A stretch of DNA of 64,000 nt. Origin: Dictyostelium discoideum. Taxonomy: Eukaryota. The notes beneath the pieces are model-generated. The model ran no database searches, had not been told where the DNA came from, and worked only from the letters and a program-made list of their open reading frames with translations. Positions 20,869 through 40,995 of the stretch are shown here, piece after piece. The DNA lies in NCBI GenBank assembly GCA_000004695.1, contig CM000153.2:1664001-1728000 (forward strand), in the 5' to 3' direction. Each line of letters begins with the position of its first letter. Within the stretch, counting starts at the first letter, position 1. The translations under genes were made by a program, and so were the position numbers.

Positions 20869-21329
20869 ATGAGTGATAATCCAGATACACACGATTTAAA
20901 TTCAGATGTATTAAGACTTTATAGTTCAACAGGACATGAATTTGTCTTATCAAGAAAAATGTCATATGTTTCTGGTACAATTAAATCAATGTTAAGTGGT
21001 GGTAAGTAATTAAATTTTAAACAATAGAAGAAAAAACAAAAAAAAAACACAATCAAAACAAAGTTTAAAAAAATAAAAAAAATATATATATTATATTTAT
21101 ATTAATATTTTTATTTATATAAATATATATAGATAATTCAAACTTTATGGAGGATCAAAACAATGAAATTCGTTTTAGAGAAATTTCAACACCAGTTTTA
21201 GAAAAAGTTATTCAATATTTCTACTTTAAAAATAAATATACAAACAGTACTACAGATTTACCAGAATTCCCAATCAATGAAAAAGTTGTTGTAGATTTAT
21301 TATTAGCTGCCCATTTCTTAGATACTTAA
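20869..21329 (+). CDS. Elongin C (TCEB1/Skp1-fold); join(20869..21001,21133..21329), 109 aa
   Basis: Near-colinear match to Elongin C: …GHEFVLSRKMSYVSGTIKSMLSG… / …NEIRFREISTPVLEKVIQYFYFKNKYTNSTTDLPEFPI…LLLAAHFLDT. The intron is GTAAGT…ATAG, phase 1. Confidence 0.88.
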
Positions 21330-21556
21330 ATTAAAATTTGTTTAATAATATAAAATACAAGTAAAAAAAAAAAAGAAGATAAATACAAAATAACACAAAG
21401 GTTTCACTGTAAATTTAAAAAAAAAAACAAACAAACAAATAATTTTAAATAAATTAAGTAACAATAATAAAAAAAAAGATAAATATAAAATCTAATTTTT
21501 TAATTTTTTTTCTTTTTTTATATATAATAATAATTTATTAAATATTATTATTATTA

Positions 21557-22979
21557 TTACATATTTTCATTTAATTTTTGAATGAAATATTTAACATCAT
21601 TAAAAGAAGTATATAATGGAGCTGGAGCAACACGAATTACATCAGGATCTCTAACATCACAAACTATACCAGAATTTGAAAGGTTAACTTTTAATTGAGA
21701 GGCTTTAATACCTTTGATGAGTAATGATAATTGTGAACCTCTTTGATTTGCTTCAGAGGGAGTAATGATTTGAACGTCAGTAGTTTTTAATTTATGAGTT
21801 AAAAGATATTCCAAATAACCAGTGATGATAGTAGATTTTTCAGCCAATTTTTTGATACCACCAGCTTTTTCAAAAACGCTTAAGGATGCACGAAGTGCAG
21901 TGCAATCGGCAACGGATGGATTTGACATACGGAAGCCTAAAGCACCATCTTCAGCAACAAATTCTTTCTCTTTTTGGAAACGGTTTGAGAGTTTATTACC
22001 AAACCAACCTAATAAACGTGAATCAGTTGAAAGGTTGAATGATTCAGTATGCTTTGAGTGAACGAAAATACCAGCGATACAGCCTGGACCAGAGTTTAAA
22101 TATTTATAGGTGCACCAACATGCGAAATCTACATTCCAATCGTGTAAACTTAATTCGACATTACCTGCAGCATGTGCTAAATCCCAGCCTACAATCGCAC
22201 CAATTTCATGTCCAACCTCTGTGATTTTCTTCATATCAAAGAATTGACCTGTAAAATATTGAATACCACTTAACATTACAACTGCAACACTATCGCCATG
22301 TTCCTTCAATACATTAATAATATCATCAGTTCTTAATGTATATTCACCATCTCTTGGTTTAATTTTAATTAAACTTGTTTCTGGATTAAATGAATTATGT
22401 CTAATTTGTGATTCTGTTACATACTATAATAATATTTATTAACAATATTAGTATTTATTTTAATTTTAATTTTAATTTTTTAAAACTTACTAAATCAGAT
22501 GGAAAAGCACCATATTCAATAATAATTTTATGTCTAGTTTGAGTTGGTTTATAAAAGTTTGATAATAAAACATGAATATTGGTTGAAAGACTATTCATTG
22601 GACAAACTTCAGAAGGTAATGCACCAACGATTTTTGATAATGATGCTTGGATCTCTTCATCAATGTGAATGAATGGATGATCACCTTTGTGATGACCTTC
22701 AACACCATACTTTCTCCAGTCATTTAGGTAATTACAAACCAATTGTTTTTCAATTTCTTTTGGTTGAAGACCTAATGAATTACCTGTTAAATAAATCACT
22801 GGTTTATCTAAATCTTCATCTTTAACTCTACTTAAATCTGTTGCAATATCTTTAGTGATTGGGAAATAAAATTCTTCCTTTATTGATGATAATTGATCTA
22901 ATTGGTCTAATTTATCTGCTAATTTTTCATCTTCAAGTGATAGGTTTTGATTTTTAATATACTCGAAAAATTTATCCAT
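21557..22979 (-). CDS. kynureninase (PLP-dependent); join(21557..22423,22491..22979), ~451 aa
   Basis: GWDLAHAAGNVELSLHDWNVDFACWCTYKYLNSGPG and flanking similarity to KYNU. The intron is GTAAGT…TATAG, phase 0, and was verified codon by codon. Confidence 0.85.
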
Positions 22980-23406
22980 TTTTTTTTTTTTATTCTTACA
23001 ATTTATATCTGAACAAAAAAAAAATTATTGTGTGTAAGATAAAGAATGAAAAAAAAAATAAAAATGAAAAAAAAAAAAAAAAAAAAAAATATAAGAACGA
23101 AAAAAAAAAAAAAAAAAAAAAAAAAAGATTTTGGACGATAAAAAATGAACGAACCACATAACAGATTAATCATATTTATAAACCACCATTTCTATTTTTT
23201 TCAAACAGCAAGTAAGAGTTTTATTTTTTTTTTTTTCATTTTTTTTTTTTTTTCGTTCGTTCGTTATAAAGACAAATTTTGATTTTTCTTAATGTTTAAA
23301 AAAAAAAAAAAAAAAATGAAAAAAAAAAAAAAAAAAAAGAGAGATAATTAACTATTTTTCAAAAGTGGTATTATTTATTATTTATTTTTTATCTTACAAA
23401 TATTGT

Positions 23407-23951
23407 TTAGTTGTAATACAATTCTAAACCATCGCCGTCGTGTATTTCATCTTTATTTTTAAAATTAATATTAGTATTTATGAAAAAAAAAAAATTACAA
23501 TAATAATAATAATTATTATTATTATTATTATAATTATTATAATTATTATTATTACTATTATTATTATTTATACATACAATCCTCTAATGTAATATCTAAA
23601 ATCATGGTTTTTAATTTTTTTTTAATTTTTTTTTTTTTATTTTATTTTTTAAAAGAAATATTTATTAATAATTTTAAAAAAGAAAAAATTAATTAAATTT
23701 AAGATATTAAAACTTACGATCTTTAAAGATTGAATAAGATTTTTGTAATCTAATCTTTTCAGCTTTAATCCCAATTTGGGCTGATAAAACTTTCTTTAAA
23801 TCTCCAATGGTATCATCTGAGCTAGAATATTAAATATTTATGTTAGAGAAAAAAAAAAAAAAAAAAAATATATTCTGTTTCAAATTGGTACATACTTTAC
23901 TTTTACTCTTACTTTATTTCCTAAACGATCATTACATACTACTTCAATCAT
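23407..23951 (-). CDS. ubiquitin-like protein 5 (UBL5/Hub1); join(23407..23450,23718..23821,23896..23951), 67 aa
   Basis: [18 protein letters not shown]|[35 protein letters not shown]|[14 protein letters not shown] closely parallels UBL5 ([36 protein letters not shown]…FKDH…YEIHDGMNLELYYQ). Two short GT…AG introns. Confidence 0.8.
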
Positions 23952-24152
23952 TTTTTATTGATATACAAAAACACAATTGAATTAATTTTATCAATAATAT
24001 GAGAAATAAACAGAACTAATAAAAAATGAAAATTAAAAAAAAAAAATTAAAAAAAATAAAAAAAAAAATTGAATTTTTTTTTTATATTTTTTTATTTTTT
24101 TATTTTTTATTATTATTTATTTATTTTTGGTTTTTGCATCCACAAATAAAAA

Positions 24153-24219
<67 letters not shown>

Positions 24220-24283
24220 TTTAACAATGGTATCAATACTATTTAAAGCATCATGAATATTATTGTTAATTGTAAAACTCTTT

Positions 24284-24319
<36 letters not shown>

Positions 24320-24941
24320 TATTTTTTTTAATTATAAAAAAAAAATTAATAAAAAAAATTACTCCAGCTGTGAATAAAAATTTAAAATTTCTCCATATAT
24401 TTTAAAAAAAAAAGAAATTAAAAAAAAAAAATAAATAAAAAAATAAATAAAAAAATAAATAAATAAATAAATAAAAATAAATAAATAATATATAATTATA
24501 TATAATTATATATAATATATAATTAAAAACGATTATTATGTTTTTCCATTTTTTTTTTTTTTTTTTTTTATAAAATCAATCGAAAAAATTATTGCTTAAA
24601 AAAAAAAAAAAAAAAATTAAATAAATAACTTGGAAAATATTTCATAATTTGGATATTTCCATATTTAGAAAATATGAATTAAATTTAAATTAAAAATAAT
24701 TTAAATTTAAATTTAAATTTTAAATCAAAAAAAAAAAAGAAAAAAAAAAAAAAATAAAAAAAAAAAAAATAAAATTTTATTTTCAGATTTATAAGATTTT
24801 TCAGATGCTATACACGACTAAAGGGCTTAATAGATTTTAGTATTAATAGTTTTTAAAATGTTCAGAGGAAACAGAATTAATTAATTCTTTATTGCATTAT
24901 AATAAAACTATCGATCCCCTTTAGATATATATATTTTAAAA

Positions 24942-26025
24942 AATGGAACCAATTTTAAATTCAGATACTCAAATTTGGTATATAACAGGTAGGTTTTTTT
25001 TAAATTATTTTTATTTTTACATTTTAATTTTTCAAACATTATTTTAACCTTTTTATTATTATTATTATTTTTTTTATTTCCTAAAATATAAAAACCCATT
25101 AACTATTTTATAATTAAAAATTTTAAAGGCTGTACAAGTGGTACTGGTTTATCATTAGCAAAAAAATTATTATCATTAGGCCATAAAGTTACAGGTACTT
25201 CAAGAAATATTAATAAATTAAAAGAATTAAGTATTTTCAATGATAAATCATTTTTAGGATTACAAGTCGATATTACAGATAGAAAATCAGTTCAAGAATC
25301 AATTGAAAAAACCATTGAACATTTTGGAGATATTACACATGTAATTAATAATGCAGGTTATGGAATTGTAGGATCGGTTGAAGAAGTTTCGGAAGAAGAA
25401 GATAAAAAATTAATGGATGCCCTTTACTTTGGTATGAATTTAAAATCCTCTATTTATTAATACTTTTCAACTTTTTAAACTATTAATATTTTTTTTTCTT
25501 TTTTAAATATAAATAGGTCCTTTAAATGTTATTAGATCGGTTTTACCTTATTTCCGTTCAAAAAACAATGGTTATATATTTAATGTAAGTTCAATTGCTG
25601 GTATTAAAGGTTACCCAAGATTTGGTAATTACAGTGGTGCTAAATTCGCATTGGTTGGTTTAACAGAATCATTAGCACAAGATGTTTTACCATTTAATAT
25701 TAAAGTATCGTGTATAATACTTGGTTATATTGCCACTGGTTTCCAAAGTGCAAATGATTATTGTAAAAATTTAATTCCAGAATATAAGAGTCGTGAAATA
25801 TTTGGTTCAATAATGAAACATATTGAAGCAACTGAAACTCCAGGTGATCCAGATAAAGTTGCTGATGTTATTGTTGAAAACTCCACTAAATCAGAATTAC
25901 CATATAACATTTTCATTGGTCCACCAAGTACCTTTGAAATGGCTGAGGGTAAAGTTAATGAAATTACTATACAAATTGAATCTCAAAAAGAAAGAAATTC
26001 AAACATTTTATTAGAAAAAAAATAA
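24942..26025 (+). CDS. short-chain dehydrogenase/reductase (SDR) paralog A; join(24942..24988,25129..25431,25517..26025) with an apparent +1 frameshift in exon 1
   Basis: TGCTSGTGLSLA (TGxxxGxG), NNAG and YSGAKFAL (YxxxK) motifs. Exons 2-3 are intact; the intron at DALYFG|GPLNV is absent from paralogs B and C. Exon 1 reads aaatttcag where B and C imply aaattcag, which breaks the frame. Confidence 0.6.
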
Positions 26026-26477
26026 ATAAATAATAAATTTATTATTCCAACCTTTTTTTTCTTTTCTTTTTTCAACTTTTTTAATTTATTTATTTATTTA
26101 TTTATTTATTATTTTAGTTAAAAACTCTGATTTAATAATAAAGTCGTAATAAAAAAAAACATTTGTTCATTTTAAAAAAAAGAATTAACATAAAAAAAAA
26201 AACTTTGTTTATTTTTAACCAAAATGTAAAAGTAGTATTTACTTTAATTTATTATTGCTAATATTAATTTATATATATTTTTTAATATTTAGATATTTTT
26301 AAATTTATATAATATTTCCTTTTATGGATATTTTCTACATTAAAATTAAATTAAAAATAATTCACGTATTAGATTTTTTTTTTTTTTAACTTAATTAAAT
26401 CAGAGTTTTTAACTGAAATAAAAATAAAAAGAGGAAAAAAAAAAAAGGGAATAATAAAATTATAATAATTAATTTAT

Positions 26478-27446
26478 TTATTTTTCTAATAAAATGTTTG
26501 AATTTCTTTCTTTTTGAGATTCAATCTGTTTAGTAATTTCATTAACTTTAGCTTCAGCAATTTCAAAGGTACTTAGTGGACCAATGAAAATATTATATGG
26601 TAATTCTGATTTAGTGGAGTTTTCAACAATAACGTCAGCGACTTTATCTGGATCACCTGGAGTTACAGTTGCTTCTGTATATTTCATTATTGAACCAAAT
26701 ATCTCACGACTTTTATATTCTGGAATTAAATTTTTACAATAATCATTTGCACTTTGGAAACCAGTGGCAATATAACCAAGTATTATACATGATACTTTAA
26801 TATTAAATGGTAAAACATCTTGTGCTAATGATTCTGTTAAACCAACCAATGCGAATTTAGCACCACTGTAATTACCAAATCTTGGGTAACCTTTAATACC
26901 AGCAATTGAACTTACATTAAATATATAACCATTGTTTTTTGAACGGAAATAAGGTAAAACTGATCTAATGACATTTAAAGGACCAAAGTAAAGTGCATCC
27001 ATTAGTTTTTTATCTTCTTCTTCTGAAACTTCTTCAACTGATCCTACAAGTCCAAATCCTGCATTATTAATTACATGTGTAATATCTCCAAAATGTTCAA
27101 TGGTTTTTTCAATTGATTCTTGAACTGATTTTCTATCTGTAATATCGACTTGTAATCCTAAAAATGATTTATCATTGAAAATACTTAATTCTTTTAATTT
27201 ATTAATATTTCTTGAAGTACCTGTCACTTTATGACCTAATGATAATAATTTCTTTGCTAATGATAAACCAGTACCACTTGTACAACCTTTAAATAAAATT
27301 GAGAAATAATAATAAAAAAGTTAAAATAATGTTTGAAAAATTATAATGAAAAAAATAAAAATAATGTAATAAAACTTACCTGTTATATACCAAATCTGAG
27401 TGTTTTCAGTATTTATTTCAGTATTTGAATTTAAAATTGGTTCCAT
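26478..27446 (-). CDS. SDR paralog B (intact); join(26478..27286,27380..27446), 291 aa
   Basis: Same motifs as copy A; a single phase-1 intron after MEPILNSNTEINTENTQIWYITG; uninterrupted to the stop. Confidence 0.85.
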
Positions 27447-28149
27447 TATTTAGTTTTTTTTTTTTTTTATTTAATTTATTTATTTAATTTTATTTATTTA
27501 TTTAATTTTATTTATTTATTTAATTTTATTTATTTATTTATTTATTTATTTTTGTTTTGGATGGTGTAAAAAAAAAAAAAACTTCATTTATTTATATTTT
27601 TTCTTTTTTCATTTTCTTTTCAAAGAAATTATTTTGTTCAAGTTTGACAACAGTTCCATTATACATCCGATTACTCTATTTTTAAAAACATTGCTTCTTT
27701 CAGATCTATAATTCTTTAAAATAACTGTTATTATAAAATGATTGATTACAAGTAATTTTTAATTTTATTTTTTTATTTTTTTTTATTTTCACTTTTTTTT
27801 TTTAACACCCAATTTTTACACCCTGCTGTCAAAAATTAAATTATTTTTTATTTCGAACAAAAAAAAAAAAAAAATCAACGAAAATGTTTTTTTTTAAATT
27901 TTGAAATTCAGTGTTAAAAAAAAAAAAGAAAAAAAATTAAAAAAAAAACAAAATTAAATTCTCTTTTTTATTTTCTTAATATTGATTTTATTTATTAAAT
28001 AATATTTTTATTGTTAGTTTGGTTGTGAGTTTCGTGATTATTTTGAAAAATATTAGGTGGATTTCAATTATATTTTATTTTATTTTTTTGAGTTATATTT
28101 ATTAAAATAAAGCATTCCCCTTTTAATTATTATTTATTTCATTTTTTTT

Positions 28150-28375
28150 TTTTTTTTTAATCTTTAAAGCCGATTGAATATTTAAATTGTTTTTGAATAG
28201 AAATAAGGTAAAATTGATGGAATAACATTCAAACGACCTATTATATTAAAAAAAAAAAAAAAAAAAAAAAGAATAATAAAAAGGGTTAATAATAATGTTT
28301 GAAAAATTATAATGAAAAAATAAAAACAATGAAAAAAACTAACCTGTTATACCAAATTCGAGTACATTCTTTTAT
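28150..28375 (-). pseudogene. internally deleted fragment of an SDR paralog 5' region
   Basis: ttgaatagaaataaggtaaaattgatggaataacattcaaacgacc ≈ copy B 26930-26985. …gggttaataataatgtttgaaaaattataatgaaaaaataaaaacaatg…aacctgttatac ≈ copy B 27300-27395. Confidence 0.4.
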
Positions 28376-28885
28376 TTAAGAATATAAAAATAGAATTAAT
28401 TAAGTTTACTCATCAATTGAATGTCAAATCGGTAAACGCCTCAGTTTTTTTTTTTTTTAATATTTACTATTGAATTTCAGAATATAAAATAATTTTTTTC
28501 TTTGAATTTTTTTTTTTTTTAGTTGTGGTGGTTTGGAAATGTGAAATTATGAAAATATTTTGATGTTTGGGTGTAAAAATTGGGTGTTAAAAAAATAAAA
28601 AAATTAAACTAAAAATAAAAATTACTCTACCAATCGTTTTATGATAATAGTTTTTTAAAGAATTAATTATAAATCTGAAAGAAGCAATGTTTTTAAAAAT
28701 AGAGTAATCAGAGGTATATAATGGAATTGTTGTCAAACTTGAACAAAATAATTTCTTCGAACAGAAAATCAAAAAAAAAAAAATATAAATAAATGAAGTT
28801 TTTTTTTTTTTTCCATCATTCAAAACAAAAATTAATAAATTAAATAAAATAAATAAATTTAATTAAGTGAAAAAAAAATTAAATA

Positions 28886-29841
28886 ATGGAACCAATTTTA
28901 AATTCTAATTCTGAAAACACTCAAATTTGGTATATTACAGGTTTGTTTTTTTTATTATTTTAATTTTTATTATTATTTCTAAAATATATAAAAAACTAAT
29001 TAACTAATTATATTTAAAAAATTTAAAGGTTGTACAAGTGGTACTGGTTTATCATTAGCAAAGAAATTACTATCATTAGGTCATAAAGTTACCGGTACTT
29101 CAAGAGATATTAATAAATTAAAAGAATTAAGTATTTTCAATGATAAATCATTTTTAGGATTACAAGTCGATATTACAGATAGAAAATCAGTTCAAGAATC
29201 AATTGAAAATACAGTTAAAACATTCGGAGATATTACACATGTAATTAATAATGCAGGTTATGGACTTGTAGGAACTATAGAAGAAGTTTCAGAAGAAGAA
29301 GATAGAAAATTAATGGACGCACTTTACTTTGGTCCTTTAAATGTCATTAGATCGGTTTTACCCCACTTTAGAAGTAAAAGGGATGGTTATATATTTAATA
29401 TAAGTTCAATTGCCGGTTTGACAGGGTTACCAAATCTCGGTAATTACAGCGGTGCTAAATTCGCTTTGGGCAGGTATGACCGAGTCCCTATCACATGATT
29501 TAAAACCATTTAATATTAAAGTATCATGTATTATACTTGGTTATATTGTAACTGGTTTCCAATCATCTAATCAATTTTGTAAGAATTTAATTGAGGATTA
29601 CAATACCTATGAAAATGTTACAAATCAAATGAAACAATATGAAACATTATTAATACCAGGTGATGCAAATAAAGTTGCTGATGTTATCTTTGAAAATTCT
29701 GTTAAATTAGAATTACCATATAATCTATTCATAGGTCCAATTGATACATTCACAATGGGTCAAATTAAAGTTGACCAATTACAACAGCAACTATTATCTC
29801 AAAAAGAAAGAAATTCAAATGTTGTTTTAGAAAGAAATTAA
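28886..29841 (+). pseudogene. SDR paralog C; join(28886..28940,29029..29841) with a +1 frameshift near 29465 (gctttgggcagg where ggcagg is expected)
   Basis: Exons and motifs match copy B up to YSGAKFAL in one frame and from GMTESLSHDLKPFNIKV… in the +1 frame. The two frames meet at a G-run with one extra G. Confidence 0.55.
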
Positions 29842-29956
29842 AATTTTTACAATTAAAATAAAAAAAATTAAATAAACTATATAATATTGTTACTTATCAA
29901 TACTATATTTTATTTATATATTATTTTATTTAAAAATATTTTTATATTATTATTAT

Positions 29957-32537
<2,581 letters not shown>

Positions 32538-33055
32538 TCCTTAATTTTATTATTATTATTATTGTTGTTGTTGTTGTTATTATTTTTGATTTTTAAAAAA
32601 AAATATATTTCGACTATATAATATATGTTCTCTTTGGGTGCTACAATTTGGTTTAAATTTTTTTTTTTTTTTTACTGTTTACTATTTTTTTTTTAATTGT
32701 ATTGTTTTATTTTTTTAATACTAAATTTATTATTATAATTTAATTTTATTATAATTTTATTTTATAATAATGAAAAAAATATTATTGGTACTATTATGAA
32801 TTTTCATATATATGTAAATTGTTTATTGTTGCTTTTCTCTATTTGTATTTTAAAAAGTATGTGATGGTGTTGTGTGTTGGAGTTGTGTATGTGTGTTTAT
32901 TTGTTTTTTTTTTTTTTTTTTTGTTTAAAAAGTGGGTGTGGCGATTGTAGAAAAGAAAAAAAAAAAAAAGAATTTTAAATACAAAAAAAAAAAAAAAAAA
33001 AAAAAAAAAAGGAATTTTATTAATGACCTTCTGTCACTATTCCTCGTTGTAAAAA

Positions 33056-33105
<50 letters not shown>

Positions 33106-33487
33106 TAAAAAATAAAAAATAATAATTAAAATAAAATAAAATAAAAAATAAAATTATTTTTTATATAGAAAATAAAAAAAAATAAAAAAATAAACTTTTA
33201 ATTAAAATAAAATAAAAAATAAATTATATGAATTTTTAAAAATAGAATAATGCTTTTGCCAAATAATGTTAATTTTACCCAGGGCGGATTTGATATTTAT
33301 TTATAAATATGAAAATAAAAATAAAAAAAAAATAAAAATAAAAAAAATAAAAATAGATAAAAAAAAAAGAAAAAAAAAAAAGAAATTAAAATCTATGAAA
33401 ACAATACCAAATGATAAACCTTTTATATATTTATTTTTATTTTTAATGTTACATTTATTTATTAATTTTTTTTTTTTTATTTATTTT

Positions 33488-33537
<50 letters not shown>

Positions 33538-33611
33538 TGGATATACATATATATATTATTAAATTGAATGAGATGATTACTAAATTATTATTATTATTAT
33601 TATTACTACTA

Positions 33612-35450
<1,839 letters not shown>

Positions 35451-36169
35451 TTTCTTTTTGATTTATTTGTGATTGAACTTTTATATGTTTGAAAATATTA
35501 ATATGGGGGGAGACTATTTTTTTTTTTTAATTTTTTCAAATCAAAAAAAAAATTTTATTTTTTTTATTTTTTTTTTTTTATTTTTTTTTTTCTTTTATTA
35601 TAAATTATTATTTTTATTTTTATTTTTTTTTTTTTTTTAAAAATGAGATACCATCTTATCTTATCAATAATGATCTTGATAATATGTTTATTGTTTATTT
35701 ATGAAAAATGAATTTTTTTTTTAAAAAAAAAAAAAAAAAAATTATTTTCTTTAATTATTTCCAATGTTATTTTTTTTATCAATAAAATTAATTGAAGAAA
35801 AAAAAAAAAAAAAAATAGAAAAATAATAATAATAATAAATATCGCTGAACTAGGAAATATTTTTTTTTTTTTTTTTAAAAATTTTTTTTATTTTTTTATT
35901 TTTTTTTATTATTATTATTTTTAAATATGGAAATGATTGATAAATAAAATATGTCCATATATATTTAAGTTGTTTAATTTTAATTTTTTTTAGTTTTTTT
36001 TTTTTTTTTTAAAAAGTTAGTGATGGGTTATTATATTGTTATTTATTCATTATTAATTCCATTGATTTTTAATTATTTATTATTTTTAGTTTTTATTTTT
36101 TTTTTTTTTATTATTTTTATTTTTTTATTTTTTAATTTTGATTATACAAAAAGTTTTGTTTGTTTGTTT

Positions 36170-36212
36170 GTTTGTTTTTTTGTTTTGTTTTGTTTTGTTT
36201 TGTTTTGTTTTG

Positions 36213-36243
<31 letters not shown>

Positions 36244-36245
36244 TT
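36170..36245. repeat. (GTTTT)n / (GTTT)n microsatellite
   Basis: gtttgtttgtttgtttgttttttgttttgttttgttttg… read directly. Confidence 0.9.
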
Positions 36246-36270
36246 TTTTTTTAAAAAATGTTTAGTACTA

Positions 36271-37885
<1,615 letters not shown>

Positions 37886-38609
37886 ATTATGTATATTATC
37901 TATCTACTATTATTGTTATTATCTATTACTATTTATTTATCTATTTATTTATTATTATATTCTTATTATTGTTATTTTATTTTATTATTTTTATTTTATT
38001 TTTTTGGTGAGTTTGTGTTTGTGTTTGTGAATGCGAAAATTTATTTCTTTTTTTTTTTTTTATTATTTTTTTTTTTTTTATTTTTTTTTTTTTATTTTTT
38101 TTTTTTTTTATTATTATTATTTTTTATGTACGGTGCACCATATAAAAATTATTTTCTATATTATATATATATACTACACAAATTATTAATTATTTAATTA
38201 TTATGATTATTATGATTGATATGTAATTCTCTTCACTCCCCTTCTCTGAATTTTATTTTTAAATTTCTTTCCCCTATATCTTTTTATTATTATCTTTTGA
38301 TTATCAAAAAAAAAAAAAAGAAAAAAAAAAAGAAAAAAAAAAAACAACAACAACAATAAAAATAGATAACTATAAAATATGATGAAGAGCAAAAATGCTG
38401 TTTTTTTTTTTTGCTATTAATTTTAGATAATGAACAACAAAAGCTGAAAAAAAAATGAAAAAAAAAAAAAATAAAAAAAAAAAAAAAAAAAATGAAAAAA
38501 AAAAATAAAAATAAAAAAAATAAAATAAAAATAAAAAAAAAAAAAATGTGAAAATGAAATTTTCCAGGTTGTCATTTTTGGTCAAAAATTGATTAAATAA
38601 TTTTTAAAT

Positions 38610-40463
38610 TTACTTTTTATTTGTTGTTGTTGTTGTCAAAGGTGATTTGGATGTCATATTAACAGATGATGATGATGATGAAGTTGTTGGAGAAGATTTT
38701 GGTTTTGATGGTGTTATTAAAATAGGTGATTCTTTTTTTGATGGTGTTGGTTTATTTACTGTCGGATTTGAATTTATTGTTGTTGTTGTTAAATTAACAG
38801 AGGACATTGTTTTTGATAAACTCGGAATTTTACCACCACCACCACTACTACTATTATTACCAACACTAGTTGGTGATAAATTTAAAGAGGATGAAGCCTT
38901 TGATAATGTTGGTATTTTTGGTGTTGTTGGAGAAGTAGTAAATGAAGATGATGGTGATGATGATGAAGAAGAGGGTTTTTTAGTTAATGGTGAGGGTTTC
39001 TTTGAAAGTGGTGTTGTTGGTCTTTGTGGTGTAGTTGGTGTTGTTGGTCTTATATTTTGTTGGGTTTGTTGAGGTTGTTCTTGAGGTTGTTGCTGTACAT
39101 TTATTGTTGAAGTTGTTGGTGATGAAGTTGGTGATGAAGTTGTTGTTGTTGTTGGTGATGAAGTTGTTGATGAATATGAAACCATTGGTGAATCTGATAT
39201 ATTTTCAGGATCTTTTTTTGTTACAAGTTTTAAATGAAGTAAATGAAAATCAGGTCTATCCTGTTCAGTATTCATTAATTCTAAATAAGAATTACCAAAA
39301 TATAGAAATGATTTTTGATTTTGATTTTCCCATTCAGCCAATTCCTTTACTAAATCAGTGGTAAGTATTGGATATTCTCTAGCTATAGTTTTACGAAATT
39401 TAGCTTCTTCCAATAATCTAATTGAACTACCTTTAAATCTACTAGGATCACTTGCACTAGTTTCAAAGTTTTTCATCTCACTCTTTATCCATTCCCTTCT
39501 TTTAACTTTATTTAAAATTGATTTCATTGAATCTAATAATTCATTTAATAATTTAATTTCTTTATCAATAATTTCTAATGTTTCAATATTATAATAATTT
39601 ATTTCATTTGAATAATCAATTTCATCATTATTATTATTATTATCATTATTATTATTATTATTTAATAATAAATCTTTTAAATTTCTTTGATTTAATGGTA
39701 TACATAATTGATCCCATAATGATTGTAATGATTTAAATTTTGATTGAAATGAATCTTTAAATTTTAATTTCTTTAAATTTGTTAAATGATTTGATTCTTG
39801 AGTTAATAGATTTATTAAGGATAATGATGGGATTGAAGGTGGTGGTAATTTATTTCTTTTTAATTTAAAGTTTAATCTAGTTTCATCATTTAATGGAATT
39901 GATAATTGTTGATAATCACGTTCAATTGAATTAATTTGATTATTAATTTGTTTTAATCTTTTCTCTTTCATTAGTTCAAATGTTTTAATTATTCCTTCAA
40001 TTTTATATAATATTTGAATTAATGATTTCATTTCTAATTTATTTTTTGAACAATCATCACCATCATCATCATCATTTAGTTTTAATTTATTTAAAATTTG
40101 ATTTAATTCATTATTTTCATTATTTTCAATAGTTGATTCTAATTCTAATTGATTTTTTAAATTTAATGCAATTGATTTTGAATCATTAATTTTATCCATA
40201 ATCGAGTTACGTATATCTTGTAATTTTTTAATTTCATTTTCAATTTCATCAATTCTTTTATTTGAAACTGATATACCAATTTCAATAAATGATGATGAAA
40301 CATATTCTGTATCTTTATTATCACTTAGATCAATTCCTAATTCTTTATATAATTTCATTAATTCTGAATAAACTTCTTTTAATTTAATTTCATTTTTATT
40401 ATATATCTTTTATTATTATATATACATTAGTAATTGATTAATAATAATTATTATAATTATTAC

Positions 40464-40515
<52 letters not shown>

Positions 40516-40995
40516 TAATTTTATAAATACATTTTTTAAATTTATATTAAAATTATTTAAATGATTAATTTGTTTTAAAAGTTTAGGTGTTTTTAATAAA
40601 GTTGATTGAATTAATGTATTATAATCTGATTGAATTTCATTATCAATTTCGAATTTATTAGGTGTTAAATCAAGTGATTGTATTAATTTATTAATTTCAA
40701 TTAAAAGATTTGATTTCTTTTCAATTAAAATTTGTTCTCTTTCTTTTTGTTGCCCAATTTTATTTTCAATTAATTCTATAATTTCTTTATTTAATTGTTG
40801 GTGTTGATTTTTATTTGTATCATTTTCATCATTATTATCATCATCATTGTTATCTTCTAAACTTTGTAATATATTATCATATTTAATAATTAATGGATTT
40901 ATTTGGTTATAATATTTTTCAATTATTTTCGATGATAGGTAATGATTGTAATTACAATTATCTTTATTTATTATTATTATTTCATTCCCTATCAT
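38610..40995 (-). CDS. PRC1/MAP65/Ase1-family microtubule cross-linker homolog; join(38610..40375,40464..40995), ~765 aa
   Basis: …SASDPSRFKGSSIRLLEEAKFRKTIAREYPILTTDLVKELAEWENQNQKSFLYFGNSYLELM parallels PRC1 …KASDPNRFTNRGGNLLKEEKQRAKLQKMLPKLEEELKARIELWEQEHSKAFMVNGQKFMEYV. The N-terminal half is coiled-coil with LWDQLCIP-type repeats. Intron donor GTAATA at the end of the coding (AAT)n run; acceptor AAAAG, phase 1. Confidence 0.6.

Noticed and set aside
33266-33562. 98-aa ORF of K/F repeats
   Set aside because: Pure homopolymer/AT-tract translation in the intergenic region upstream of the VPS9 gene.
38647-39594. Three plus-strand ORFs (141, 109, 78 aa)
   Set aside because: They are antisense to the well-supported PRC1/MAP65 exon and consist of D/V/G repeats, which are mirror frames of the poly-S/T/N coding strand.
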